A stretch of DNA of 64,000 nt from a virus (Duplodnaviria; Heunggongvirae; Uroviricota; Caudoviricetes): the IMG/VR virus record IMGVR_UViG_3300042401_001499; one strand, given 5' to 3'. Below the pieces are notes generated by a model. That model ran no database searches, was not told the origin of the DNA, and saw only the letters and a list, made by a program, of their open reading frames with translations. The position numbers and the translations under genes were made by a program. Every line of letters begins with the position of its first letter. Positions within the stretch are counted from its first letter, which is position 1. Below, piece by piece: positions 45,041 through 53,919 of this stretch.

Positions 45041-45113
45041 GCCCGAGTGGTGGAACGGTAGACACGCTAGTCTTAGGAACTAGATACTGAGGGTTCGAAT
45101 CCCTCCTTGGGTA
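45041..45113 (+). tRNA. tRNA-Leu(TAG), short variable loop
   Basis: gcccgag/cttgggt; ctagt-CT TAG GA-actag; TTCGAAT. Confidence 0.9.
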
Positions 45114-45190
45114 CGATAGTAGGACCGGGTTACCGGATATGGGTTCCTTAATTGGACAGAAGGACTGGAGTCCTAGTCGCCTACAAAATA

Positions 45191-45262
45191 AAATTAGAGT
45201 TCGCTTATAGTAAAGCAGCAGGGGCTAACCTGCAGAAGGGATTCCAACACCCACTCTAATTT
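45191..45262 (+). pseudogene. Degenerate cloverleaf (tRNA relic)
   Basis: aaattagagt/actctaattt; gctt/aagc; gcagg-GGCTAA-cctgc (6-nt loop); ggg/ccc. Confidence 0.45.
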
Positions 45263-45266
45263 ACTT

Positions 45267-45340
45267 GCTCTCGACGCACAAATGGTGGTGCACCGGATTT
45301 GTAACCCGGAATAGAGCCAGTTCGATCCTGGCCGAGAGCT
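45267..45340 (+). tRNA. tRNA-Thr(TGT)
   Basis: gctctcg/cgagagc; ccgg-TT TGT AA-ccgg; TTCGATC. Confidence 0.85.
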
Positions 45341-45348
45341 CAATAAAT

Positions 45349-45421
45349 GCGAATGTCGTATAACGGCTCATTACTCTTGACTTCCAATCAAGGAATGAGG
45401 GTTCGATTCCCTCCATTCGCT
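45349..45421 (+). tRNA. tRNA-Gly(TCC)
   Basis: gcgaatg/cattcgc; cttga-CT TCC AA-tcaag. Confidence 0.9.
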
Positions 45422-45427
45422 CAAAAT

Positions 45428-45499
45428 GGCCCTATCGTCTATCGGTTAGGACACATGGTTTTCATCCATGAAAGTCGGGTTCGACTCCCGGTGGGGCTA
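45428..45499 (+). tRNA. tRNA-Glu(TTC)
   Basis: ggcccta/tggggct; catgg-TT TTC AT-ccatg. Confidence 0.9.
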
Positions 45500-45504
45500 C
45501 AATT

Positions 45505-45576
45505 GGGGCTATAGTATAACGGCTATTACAATGGTTTTGCAAATCATAAATTGGAGTTCGATTCTCCATAGCTCCA
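45505..45576 (+). tRNA. tRNA-Ala(TGC)
   Basis: ggggcta/tagctcc with G3:U70; atggt-TT TGC AA-atcat. Confidence 0.9.
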
Positions 45577-45581
45577 CAAAA

Positions 45582-45653
45582 GGTCTATTCGTTCAACGGC
45601 TAGGACACTACCCTGTCACGGTAGGGATGAGAGTTCGATTCTCTCATAGACCG
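45582..45653 (+). tRNA. tRNA-Asp(GTC)
   Basis: ggtctat/atagacc, G73; ctacc-CT GTC AC-ggtag. Confidence 0.9.
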
Positions 45654-45659
45654 CTATAT

Positions 45660-45733
45660 CGCGAGTTGGTAGAAGATGGTATCTCGCTAGGCTCATAACC
45701 TAGAGGTCGGGGGTTCGAATCCCTCACTCGCTA
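45660..45733 (+). tRNA. tRNA-Met(CAT), initiator-like
   Basis: C1 mismatch (cgcgagt/actcgct); ctagg-CT CAT AA-cctag. Confidence 0.8.
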
Positions 45734-45738
45734 CTAAT

Positions 45739-45813
45739 GTCCTTTTAGCTCAGCCCGGTTAGAGCAGCTCGCTCATAACGAGAAGGTCACAGGTTCGAAT
45801 CCTGTATAGGACA
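45739..45813 (+). tRNA. tRNA(CAT), Ile2 or elongator Met
   Basis: gtccttt/ataggac; ctcg-CT CAT AA-cgag; TAGCTCAG D arm. Confidence 0.8.
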
Positions 45814-45843
45814 CAAAAATTTTATCCAATAAAAATAAAAGTT

Positions 45844-46284
45844 ATGAGAAGAGAGCCTGATTTTAAAGACTTAAATTACCAATTGGGAATGTATGTTGGA
45901 GAACATATTACGTTTAAATATCTTCCAGTACTATCTACAGATGCACTAAGAACAAATACAATAGTACCAGTATCTGAAGAAGATGCTGAAAGACATAGAA
46001 TTGTAGATGATACGCTATACAGTTGCAAAACAGACAGGCAAAAAAAGTTCGCAGTCTATAAAGCTCTAAACAATGAACTTGCTAGAAAATATCTCTCAGA
46101 AAAATTAGATTGCATAGTACCTAAAGTCTATCCAACAGATATGGATAAATTTAAAGAAGGACTAATGGATCAGTTATGGGATACAGATTTATCTCATTAT
46201 CTTCCAGAAGATGACTTCTATCAAGTGGGACATGAAATGGGTTGGGCAGATCATATTATACTTACTTTAAAAATAAATGATTAA
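45844..46284 (+). CDS. Hypothetical protein
   Basis: Intact ORF after tRNA array. Confidence 0.55.
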   Translation: MRREPDFKDLNYQLGMYVGEHITFKYLPVLSTDALRTNTIVPVSEEDAERHRIVDDTLYSCKTDRQKKFAVYKALNNELARKYLSEKLDCIVPKVYPTDMDKFKEGLMDQLWDTDLSHYLPEDDFYQVGHEMGWADHIILTLKIND

Positions 46285-46341
46285 AAGTTTGGATATTAAA
46301 AATATTGTTCGTATATTAAATAAAAATAAAAGATCATAGTT

Positions 46342-47253
46342 ATGAAAAATTCATTAGCAGCAAAAGGGTTATCAATGTCACAAGCACAATCAATCTCAAA
46401 CTTGTGCAATCAACGTTCAAAAGATATTACAGCACAATTGGCTGATATCAATAACGTTTCAAAAGAATTAGTAATAGGTTCAGATACCTATACTGAGGTT
46501 AAAGGAAATCCAATTCCAGCAAACGTAGTTGAATTATTAACTGCTAAAGCAAGATTATCTGCCACTCAAGCATTCTTGATGGAGAACATCAAGGCTAAGG
46601 ACGAATTGATTAACAAAATCAAATACGAAGGATTTCAGTACTCAGTAGAGGCTCCAGTTCGTCCACAAACAATCTCAGAAAACATTCCAACAGAAGTGGA
46701 TGAGGATTTTGGTTGGGATACTTTAACAACAGCCGAATACAATGAATTTATAGAGGCAGAGGCTTATGCTTCACATATTGGACAATTTATCCACAAAGGA
46801 GGTAAATTGGATCGATTGAGAGCAGAACTTCCTACCATTAAAACTTTAGAGTTTATGGAAATTGAAGTAGGAAAGAAAACTCCACTTAAAATAACTATTC
46901 ATCATACTGCAGCACAATTGCTTACAATCCATGAGGAGTTAGCAGCATTACACAGAGGGTATGAGCAAAAAGTGAATTACTTCAAATCTAAGATTAAAAA
47001 TGCTACTACTTCTGAGAATGCTAAAATTCAGAAAGAGAGAGGAGAAATTCAAGCAAGAGTTAACCAACAAAACTCAGACCTAGCAAATGCTTATAAATTA
47101 GCATATGAGCAATGGACTGCAGAGCAACGTAAAGCTCAACACGAGTTTGAAGAAAAACGTCAAGCAAAAATTCAAGATGCTGTCAATTTAAAAATTGAAG
47201 TAGCAGAAAGATTTCAATCTGTAGTAGATGAATTTTTAAATCAATTAAAATAA
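46342..47253 (+). CDS. Alpha-helical/coiled-coil hypothetical protein with its own promoter, followed by large structured RNA
   Basis: 303-aa ORF; promoter at 46289; long heptad-rich C-terminal half. Confidence 0.75.
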   Translation: MKNSLAAKGLSMSQAQSISNLCNQRSKDITAQLADINNVSKELVIGSDTYTEVKGNPIPANVVELLTAKARLSATQAFLMENIKAKDELINKIKYEGFQYSVEAPVRPQTISENIPTEVDEDFGWDTLTTAEYNEFIEAEAYASHIGQFIHKGGKLDRLRAELPTIKTLEFMEIEVGKKTPLKITIHHTAAQLLTIHEELAALHRGYEQKVNYFKSKIKNATTSENAKIQKERGEIQARVNQQNSDLANAYKLAYEQWTAEQRKAQHEFEEKRQAKIQDAVNLKIEVAERFQSVVDEFLNQLK

Positions 47254-47257
47254 TTTG

Positions 47258-47567
47258 GTGCTAAGAAGGTAAGCACAAGCTGATCCTTCAGAGCTTTATG
47301 CTGGGATAGTAGGGTTTTAAATATAAACTATATGATATATTCAATATTCAACTACAGACATAAACACCTCCGGGTGTTTGTAAACTCGCTTCCCTACAAA
47401 CTTAAACCAAAACTGAGATAGAACTCAACAGCTAGACAGGTTACATCCCGTAAAGGGTGATTGGCTAGCGACTCTAGACTTAGTTTTTGTCCTTGCCCTT
47501 GTGGTAGTGGAAGGTTTTTGACTTTGATTTTGCATTTGACATCGTCTATATGCTTTACATCCCAGCA
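47258..47567 (+). ncRNA. Putative ~310-nt multi-domain structured RNA
   Basis: 9-bp stem tgctgggat/atcccagca; nested stems aaaactgag/cttagtttt, gctag/ctagc, aaacacc/ggtgttt; 5' kissing-loop pair gaagg/ccttc. Confidence 0.65.
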
Positions 47568-47645
47568 ACATTTTTTAAAAATAATTAACAAAAAGCTTGC
47601 TTACGCAGGCTTTTATTCGTATATTTAGGTATAAGAAAAAGAGAT

Positions 47646-48296
47646 ATGAAAATTACATTAGAAAAAGATCAAAGAATCTTCTTTACATCAGACACACATT
47701 ACGCTCACTCAAACATCTGTAGTGCTACTACAAACTGGACTGAGTCTTCGAACTTGACAAGAGAATTCAATTCACTTGATCATATGAACCAAGTACTTGT
47801 TGATAACATCAACAACATGGTTGGTGAAGATGATATCTTAATTCATTTAGGAGATTTTAGCTTTGGAGGATTTGATAAGATACAAGAATTCAGAAGTAGA
47901 ATCCTTTGTAAAAACATTCACTTGGTACTTGGAAATCATGATCACCACATTGAAAGAAACAAAGAAGGAGTTCAAAAACTATTCTCTTCAGTACAAAACT
48001 ACTTGAGATTAGAAGTAAGAAAGCCAATTAATAAGGCATTAACAGACAAGCATATTTTCGTTTGTATGCACTATCCAATTGCGTCATGGCATGATATGAA
48101 CCAAGGAGTAATTCACTTGCATGGCCACGTGCATTTACCTTCACACCTACGAATAGCAGAGGGTAAAGCAATGGATGTTGGAGTAGATGGAAATGGTTTA
48201 GAGCCTTTATCACTAGGAGAGATCCTTATGATTATGAAAGACCAACCAATTAGAAAATTAGAGTTACCAAAGGATCATCACGAAAAAAGAATCTAA
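47646..48296 (+). CDS. Calcineurin-like metallophosphoesterase
   Basis: FTSDTHY; HLGDF; LGNHD; HYP; HLHGHVH; DVGVD. Confidence 0.9.
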   Translation: MKITLEKDQRIFFTSDTHYAHSNICSATTNWTESSNLTREFNSLDHMNQVLVDNINNMVGEDDILIHLGDFSFGGFDKIQEFRSRILCKNIHLVLGNHDHHIERNKEGVQKLFSSVQNYLRLEVRKPINKALTDKHIFVCMHYPIASWHDMNQGVIHLHGHVHLPSHLRIAEGKAMDVGVDGNGLEPLSLGEILMIMKDQPIRKLELPKDHHEKRI

Positions 48297-48297
48297 T

Positions 48298-48684
48298 ATG
48301 AAAGAGTTATTTTTATTAAGAGGATTACCTGGATCAGGTAAATCAACATTTGCAAAGGCATTAACAGGTGTTTATACTATAGAAGCAGATAAGTACTTTA
48401 TGGATGGAGATGAATATAAATTTGATCCGTCTAAACTAAAAGATGCACATGCTTGGTGTCAAAATACTACACGGGTTTGGATGACAACTGGTGTAAAAAG
48501 AATCACAATAGCAAACACATTTACTCAGGAATGGGAAATGCAACCATACTACGATTTAGCTAAAGAGTACGGATACAGAGTTTACTCTTTGATTGTAGAA
48601 AATAGACATGAAGGGGTAAATGAACATGGAGTACCAGAAGAAAAATTAGTACAAATGAAAAATAGATTCGAGATCAAGCTATGA
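48298..48684 (+). CDS. P-loop polynucleotide kinase-like protein (AAA_33 type)
   Basis: LLRGLPGSGKST; IEADKYF; AHAWCQ; ANTFTQEWE; NEHGVP. Confidence 0.85.
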   Translation: MKELFLLRGLPGSGKSTFAKALTGVYTIEADKYFMDGDEYKFDPSKLKDAHAWCQNTTRVWMTTGVKRITIANTFTQEWEMQPYYDLAKEYGYRVYSLIVENRHEGVNEHGVPEEKLVQMKNRFEIKL

Positions 48685-48899
48685 GAGTAGTAGAAGAGTT
48701 TGATGTTCAAGGAAGAGTTATTAAACAAAAAATAGCAGGCCCTTACTATGATTCTATTTGGACTTACGAGTATCAAGGAGATACAGTCATTGAAAAAAGA
48801 AGTGATGCTGTTTGGACTAAAATTATAAATCATAAGGATAAGACATCTAAATTAGTTTATCCTGATAAAAAAGAATACAATATAACTTATAATACATAA
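48681..48899 (+). CDS. Hypothetical protein
   Basis: Overlapping coupled ORF. Confidence 0.5.
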   Translation: MRVVEEFDVQGRVIKQKIAGPYYDSIWTYEYQGDTVIEKRSDAVWTKIINHKDKTSKLVYPDKKEYNITYNT

Positions 48900-48902
48900 G
48901 AA

Positions 48903-50045
48903 ATGGAAAATAATAACAGTGTTTGCTTTATAGCAAAAATAAATGAAGTAAGAGCAATTGAAGGAGCAGATAACATCGAACTTGTAATCGCAGGTGGGTG
49001 GAATGCTATTACTAAAAAAGGTGAATTTAAAGTAGGTGATGAAACAATCATTGCAACTACTGATGCAGTTATACCAGAATCTCTTTCTGAGGAAATGGGA
49101 GTTGCTTCTTACCTAAGAAAAGGAGGTAGAGTAAGAACTGTTAAACTAAGAGGAGTTTATTCTGAATGTTTAATCATTCCAATGACTTACCTTAGGGGTA
49201 AAGCCACAATGGGGGATTGGGATTTAAAAGAAGGAAGTGACTGCATGGAACTATTAGGTATCACCAAATACGAACCACCAGTTAAACAAATTCAACTTGC
49301 TTCAGGTAGAAAAATCAAATGGAGAGACAATCAAAACTTCCATATCTATTACAAATTCCCAAACCTTAAAAACGTTGATGGAATGTTTACAGAAGAAGAT
49401 ACAGTAGAGATTTCTCGTAAAATTCATGGTACAAATGCTAGATACGGTATTGTAAAAAAGACTAAATTGTCATTCTGGGATAAAGTAAAAAAATTCTTTA
49501 GATTAGCTGATAAGTGGATTAACTACGAATACATTTACGGTTCACATAACTGTGAGAAAGGATCTGACTCTCAAGGATTTTATTCTGAAGATGTTTGGAA
49601 AACAATTGCTGAGAAGTATGATATTAAAGCTAAGCTTTGGAAATATGTTAAAGATACAGCTAATATTGTAGACATTGGAAGTGGTATAGTACTCTATGGA
49701 GAAATTTATGGAGCAGGTATTCAAAAGAACTATGACTATGGATTGGATGATATTAAATTTATAGGATTTGATACAACTATGAAAGGTGACTATAATTCAC
49801 CAGCGGGTACTTACGGTGCATTTCATTCACTAGACTTACCTTATATTGAAGTACTTTATTTTGGACTTTGGAATCAAGAAGTACAGGATAAGTTTGTATT
49901 TAACAACTTCATTGAAGGAACAAAAGTACCACATGAAGGAATTGTAATCAAACACAGTTCAGGAGATAGAAAAAAAGTAGCAAAGGTAATCAATCCAGAC
50001 TATTTGATCTACGGAGAGAAGAATGATGTAGGAGATTCACATTAA
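48903..50045 (+). CDS. RNA ligase, DRB0094-type with N-terminal tRNA-binding OB fold
   Basis: IEGADNIEL OB fold; LRGVYSECLI; motif I RKIHGTN; YGEIYG; GFD; EGIVIK; KVINPDYL. Confidence 0.9.
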   Translation: MENNNSVCFIAKINEVRAIEGADNIELVIAGGWNAITKKGEFKVGDETIIATTDAVIPESLSEEMGVASYLRKGGRVRTVKLRGVYSECLIIPMTYLRGKATMGDWDLKEGSDCMELLGITKYEPPVKQIQLASGRKIKWRDNQNFHIYYKFPNLKNVDGMFTEEDTVEISRKIHGTNARYGIVKKTKLSFWDKVKKFFRLADKWINYEYIYGSHNCEKGSDSQGFYSEDVWKTIAEKYDIKAKLWKYVKDTANIVDIGSGIVLYGEIYGAGIQKNYDYGLDDIKFIGFDTTMKGDYNSPAGTYGAFHSLDLPYIEVLYFGLWNQEVQDKFVFNNFIEGTKVPHEGIVIKHSSGDRKKVAKVINPDYLIYGEKNDVGDSH

Positions 50046-50111
50046 AATAATTGTTAAAAGGCTTGTTTATATGAGCCTTTTTTCTTATCTTTAAGTATTA
50101 AAATAAAGGTT

Positions 50112-50282
50112 ATGAGAGGAAGAAGAGTTTATTGTGAAGATATATCTCCGGTTCTAAAATCAATTAGAACGTCTAAGAAACACGGAAAGACAGTAGAAAT
50201 CAACGGTCTACAGTACGAACATATAGGAGATGATATGTTGTATTGTTTAAAGACTTCAACCATTAAAAAGTTGGAGAATTAG
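50112..50282 (+). CDS. Small hypothetical protein (56 aa)
   Basis: MRGRRVYCEDISP... after promoter 50063. Confidence 0.5.
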   Translation: MRGRRVYCEDISPVLKSIRTSKKHGKTVEINGLQYEHIGDDMLYCLKTSTIKKLEN

Positions 50283-50330
50283 AATAAAGTTCGTATATTT
50301 AGGTATTAGAAATTTAAAACAAAAAAGGTT

Positions 50331-50462
50331 ATGGAAATAGTTTGGCATTGGAATTTTTTAGAAACACTAGGAGCTATAGTTTTGGTAATTATTGCTGCAT
50401 GGGTAATACTACCCATAGTGGGTGTAATTTTCGTAAATGGAAAATTTAAAGGTTGGTGGTAA
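50331..50462 (+). CDS. Small membrane protein (43 aa)
   Basis: MEIVWHWNFLETLGAIVLVIIAAWVILPIVGVIF. Confidence 0.55.
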   Translation: MEIVWHWNFLETLGAIVLVIIAAWVILPIVGVIFVNGKFKGWW

Positions 50463-50480
50463 AATTTAAAAAGAAATAAG

Positions 50481-50558
50481 ATGAAACAAGTAAAAACATT
50501 TGCAATCACATTTGTAGCAGCATTAGTATTAATGATCGTAGTAGTAAATTTAAGATAA
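50481..50558 (+). CDS. Very small membrane peptide (25 aa)
   Basis: MKQVKTFAITFVAALVLMIVVVNLR. Confidence 0.4.
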   Translation: MKQVKTFAITFVAALVLMIVVVNLR

Positions 50559-50559
50559 C

Positions 50560-51177
50560 ATGGAAGACTTTTTCGAAGATTTAAAAAACAGACCAAGACC
50601 AAACTTATTCAGAAGAATATACCTTTGGTGGGCACATGATGGAAAGTATTATCACAAATACTTCAAACAAGGAGTAAAGAATCTATGGTACTGGTTTCCA
50701 ATCATCTGGAAGGATAGAGATTGGGATGGTCATTACATCTTTGAGATACTACAGCACAAATTGGAAGCACAAGCCAATTACATTGGAAGAAGAGATCTTC
50801 ACACAAGAGCACAGCTTGATGCTAAAAGAATGAGACTTTGCATCTCTTTAATTAAGAAAGTGCAAGAGGAAGACTACACAATGGAGTATATGGACTACCA
50901 TAAGGACAGAGTTTGGTTTACAGATGTTGAAGACAGACCAGGAAATTCTCTATATAATTCAGAAGAAGTATGGGAAAAGTATGATGAATATTTTGCTAAA
51001 TATCCTTTAGTTTATAAAAGAGTAATGAAAGGAGATGGAGTATTTACTTTAGATGGTAGAAATGAATCTGATATAAAAAGAGTCATTGCAATGAATATTG
51101 CTCACCTTAATCACGACAGAGCAAGAAAATTGTTATTTAAAATAATGGAAGAGAACATCGAGGGTTGGTGGGACTAA
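50560..51177 (+). CDS. Hypothetical protein
   Basis: Intact ORF; Trp-rich YWFPIIWKDRDWD motif. Confidence 0.6.
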   Translation: MEDFFEDLKNRPRPNLFRRIYLWWAHDGKYYHKYFKQGVKNLWYWFPIIWKDRDWDGHYIFEILQHKLEAQANYIGRRDLHTRAQLDAKRMRLCISLIKKVQEEDYTMEYMDYHKDRVWFTDVEDRPGNSLYNSEEVWEKYDEYFAKYPLVYKRVMKGDGVFTLDGRNESDIKRVIAMNIAHLNHDRARKLLFKIMEENIEGWWD

Positions 51178-51188
51178 AAACAAAAGAA

Positions 51189-51596
51189 ATGAAAAAGAAA
51201 ATATACTTAGATGATGTAAGAACACCTAAAGATTCATCTTGGACCGTAGTAAGAAACTACGAGCAATTTGTTGACACAGTTACTTACATTGGATTGGAAA
51301 ACATAGATGTAATCTCCCTAGATCACGATTTAGGAGATACAGCAATGGCTGAATGGCATAAAAATGTTTACCATAATTACGAATTAAATTATGATAATAT
51401 TACAGAGAAGACTGGAATGGATTGCACTAAATGGTTGGTCAATCAATGGTTGGATGGAGCTCCTATTGTGGATGTTGTAATACATTCTGCAAATGCAGTT
51501 GGTAGTGGAAACATGATGGGATACATAAATAACTACAGACATATTCACAGATTACCTCAGAATTGTGTAAGAGTACAAATAGAACATACAGTATAA
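51189..51596 (+). CDS. Cyclic-phosphate-processing receiver-like domain protein
   Basis: IYLDDVRTP; ISLDHDLG; TGMDCTKWL; IHSANAVG. Confidence 0.75.
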   Translation: MKKKIYLDDVRTPKDSSWTVVRNYEQFVDTVTYIGLENIDVISLDHDLGDTAMAEWHKNVYHNYELNYDNITEKTGMDCTKWLVNQWLDGAPIVDVVIHSANAVGSGNMMGYINNYRHIHRLPQNCVRVQIEHTV

Positions 51597-51790
51597 TGAA
51601 TAAGGTAAAAGCATTCTTTGATGCAACAGGAGCATTCTTTCTTTGGTGTTGGAAATATCCAACAACTCCAATTGAAAATTTTCAAGATGCAAGATTTAGA
51701 TATCAAGCACAAACTGATCCTGAACTTAAAGAAACATTTGATGAACTTGAAAAATTAATAAGAGAACATGACACTAAAGGAGAAGTTTAA
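51596..51790 (+). CDS. Hypothetical protein
   Basis: Coupled ORF. Confidence 0.5.
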   Translation: MNKVKAFFDATGAFFLWCWKYPTTPIENFQDARFRYQAQTDPELKETFDELEKLIREHDTKGEV

Positions 51791-51995
51791 ACAATGGTTA
51801 GATACTGACCCAAGACTTCAAATAAGAGAAGTACAACTTGAAGTAATAGCAGAAGAATTTGCTATTGGGTTTGCAGATTGGATCTCAGAACAACCAGAAG
51901 TAAAGATTATAAAAAAATCAGGATTAGATAATTGTTATATAAAAATGACTTCAAAAGAACTATTAAAAATTTACAAAGAAGAAAAAGGATTATGA
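51768..51995 (+). CDS. Hypothetical protein
   Basis: Coupled ORF. Confidence 0.5.
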   Translation: MTLKEKFKQWLDTDPRLQIREVQLEVIAEEFAIGFADWISEQPEVKIIKKSGLDNCYIKMTSKELLKIYKEEKGL

Positions 51996-52348
51996 TAGGA
52001 GGAGCACAACCAAAAGTATTATTAAAGCTAAATGATAGTAATGAACTATTATTAGATGAAATGTTTGTACAAATTTATGGAAAAGAAGAAGATCATAAAT
52101 ACAAACTAGTTCGAGAAAGAGATGGTCTAACAAAAACATCTATGGATGTAAAATGGTTAGAGTTTGGAGAAGACGGAAGATATAAAGCAGACCTTCCAGA
52201 AATAGCAGTTGGAAGAAGTTTAATTATGTCTCCTTTTAATCATTCATTTACCTGGCAAACAACATCAGTAACAGAGATTGTAGAGCAGAGAGACGGTTAT
52301 ATTAAATTTAAAACAGAAAACAGTAACTACGAATTATTTAAACTTTAG
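51992..52348 (+). CDS. Hypothetical protein
   Basis: Coupled ORF; FTWQTTSVTEI motif. Confidence 0.55.
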   Translation: MIGGAQPKVLLKLNDSNELLLDEMFVQIYGKEEDHKYKLVRERDGLTKTSMDVKWLEFGEDGRYKADLPEIAVGRSLIMSPFNHSFTWQTTSVTEIVEQRDGYIKFKTENSNYELFKL

Positions 52349-52351
52349 ATT

Positions 52352-52582
52352 ATGATTTGGATTTTATTACTTTACGTTTTACCATTAGTACTTAGTATAC
52401 TAGGAGCATATCTTATGGTAAAAAGAGATGGAGGATCAGTAACGGAGTTTTTAGAACCACTTCCTTTCCTCTTTATTCCATTAATTAATATACTATTCAT
52501 AGTAGCTGGAATATATTTTTCAATAGAAAAGTGGATGAAAAATGATGAGTCAGTACAAAACTTTTTAAATAAAAAGCTATAA
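52352..52582 (+). CDS. Two-helix membrane protein
   Basis: Two hydrophobic segments. Confidence 0.55.
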   Translation: MIWILLLYVLPLVLSILGAYLMVKRDGGSVTEFLEPLPFLFIPLINILFIVAGIYFSIEKWMKNDESVQNFLNKKL

Positions 52583-52627
52583 TGAAACAATACAAACTAA
52601 TAAAAGAAAGATTAAATTTAAAATAAA

Positions 52628-53140
52628 ATGAAACTAAGTAAATTACTAAAACAATGGATGTTAGAAGGATTAGTTTCTACTGATAAATTAGAAACTGAGT
52701 ATTTTGAATTAAACGAATTAAACATAGACTCTTTAAATAGCTATGAATACGAAGAAATTAAACTTCCAATTTATACCAAATCCTACAAATTTAATGATAG
52801 ATGCGGTAACGAACTAGTAGTAGTTTACACAAAAGGCATTGATGAGTTTAAAAGTGGGTATAGAGTTAAAGGAGTTGATAGTTTAGTTTTTGATCCTACA
52901 AAATTTTTAAATATAGAGGATGGAGTTAAACCCTGTCCTGATGATAAAAGGATCAATACTGTATATAAAATTCTATTGGAAGAAATAGTACCTGAGTATC
53001 TATTAAAGAAGAAACCTAGTAAAATTTATTTTAATCCAATTTCAGCTTCAAGAGATAAACTAACAGGTATTCTTATAAGTAAGATAATTAAAGTTCACCC
53101 TCAATTAATAACAAGTAACAATTACTTAGTAAATAAATAA
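52628..53140 (+). CDS. Hypothetical protein
   Basis: Intact ORF. Confidence 0.55.
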   Translation: MKLSKLLKQWMLEGLVSTDKLETEYFELNELNIDSLNSYEYEEIKLPIYTKSYKFNDRCGNELVVVYTKGIDEFKSGYRVKGVDSLVFDPTKFLNIEDGVKPCPDDKRINTVYKILLEEIVPEYLLKKKPSKIYFNPISASRDKLTGILISKIIKVHPQLITSNNYLVNK

Positions 53141-53141
53141 A

Positions 53142-53864
53142 ATGAAAACACGCATCACGATTCTGTCCGATACACATACAAGACATGGATTGATCCCTCT
53201 TACAGATCTACCTGGAGGCGACATTCTTATCCATGCAGGAGACATAATGAACTCAGGATACAACAAAAATGATATCTGGGATTTCTGTCATTGGTTTCAA
53301 TCACTAAAGCAATATGAAGATAAAGTATTCATAGCAGGTAACCATGATCGCATGTTTCAAAATCATCCTGAGGATGTGAAAGAATGGGTAGACAAGTTTG
53401 GAGATATAATCTATCTTCAAGATGACGACTTCGTTATCTACGGTGATGGACCAGAAGGAAATTCTCCTCAAGACAACATTCGTATTTACGGTTCACCTTG
53501 GCAACCAGAATTTTATTCTTGGGCATTCAATTTACCAAAAAATGGAATTGAGATAGCAGCAAAGTGGGAAGGTATTCCTTCAAACACAGACATCTTAGTT
53601 ACACATGGTCCAGCATTTGGAACCTTAGATACAGTAGTAGGAAGACCTTGGGATGGATTAGGATGCGAGTTATTAGCTCAAAGAATTGAAGTTATTAAAC
53701 CAAAAATCCACATCTGTGGCCACATTCATTCAGGATATGGTTATGAGTTTAAAGATGGTACACACTTCTTCAATGCATCAGTATTGGATGAGGCTTACGA
53801 GTACACTCAAAAGCCAATAACCTTTGATTGGGATAAGGAAAAAAATACAGTAACATTTATTTAA
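53142..53864 (+). CDS. Metallophosphoesterase (MPPED-like)
   Basis: ILSDTH; IHAGD; IAGNHD; YGSPWQP; LVTHGP; HICGHIH. Confidence 0.9.
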   Translation: MKTRITILSDTHTRHGLIPLTDLPGGDILIHAGDIMNSGYNKNDIWDFCHWFQSLKQYEDKVFIAGNHDRMFQNHPEDVKEWVDKFGDIIYLQDDDFVIYGDGPEGNSPQDNIRIYGSPWQPEFYSWAFNLPKNGIEIAAKWEGIPSNTDILVTHGPAFGTLDTVVGRPWDGLGCELLAQRIEVIKPKIHICGHIHSGYGYEFKDGTHFFNASVLDEAYEYTQKPITFDWDKEKNTVTFI

Positions 53865-53919
53865 GAAAAGTTGGCTCTTCGGAGCCTTTTTCTTATCTTT
53901 AAGTATAATTAAAAAGGTT

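Noticed and set aside
45191-45262. Functional amber suppressor tRNA / TAG recoding (code 15)
   Set aside because: Loop is 6 nt without U33 and the T-loop is degenerate; TAG ends many intact genes cleanly (13375, 21309, 23860, 31461, 44752, 61670)
41918-45813. Hammerhead or HDV-like theta ribozymes at tRNA 3' ends
   Set aside because: No CUGANGA/GAAA core in the spacers and no G-initiated nested double pseudoknot could be drawn after any tRNA
47394-47591. Minus-strand 65-aa ORF (QGQGQK)
   Set aside because: Antisense shadow of the structured RNA and its hexamer periodicity; all supported genes are on the + strand
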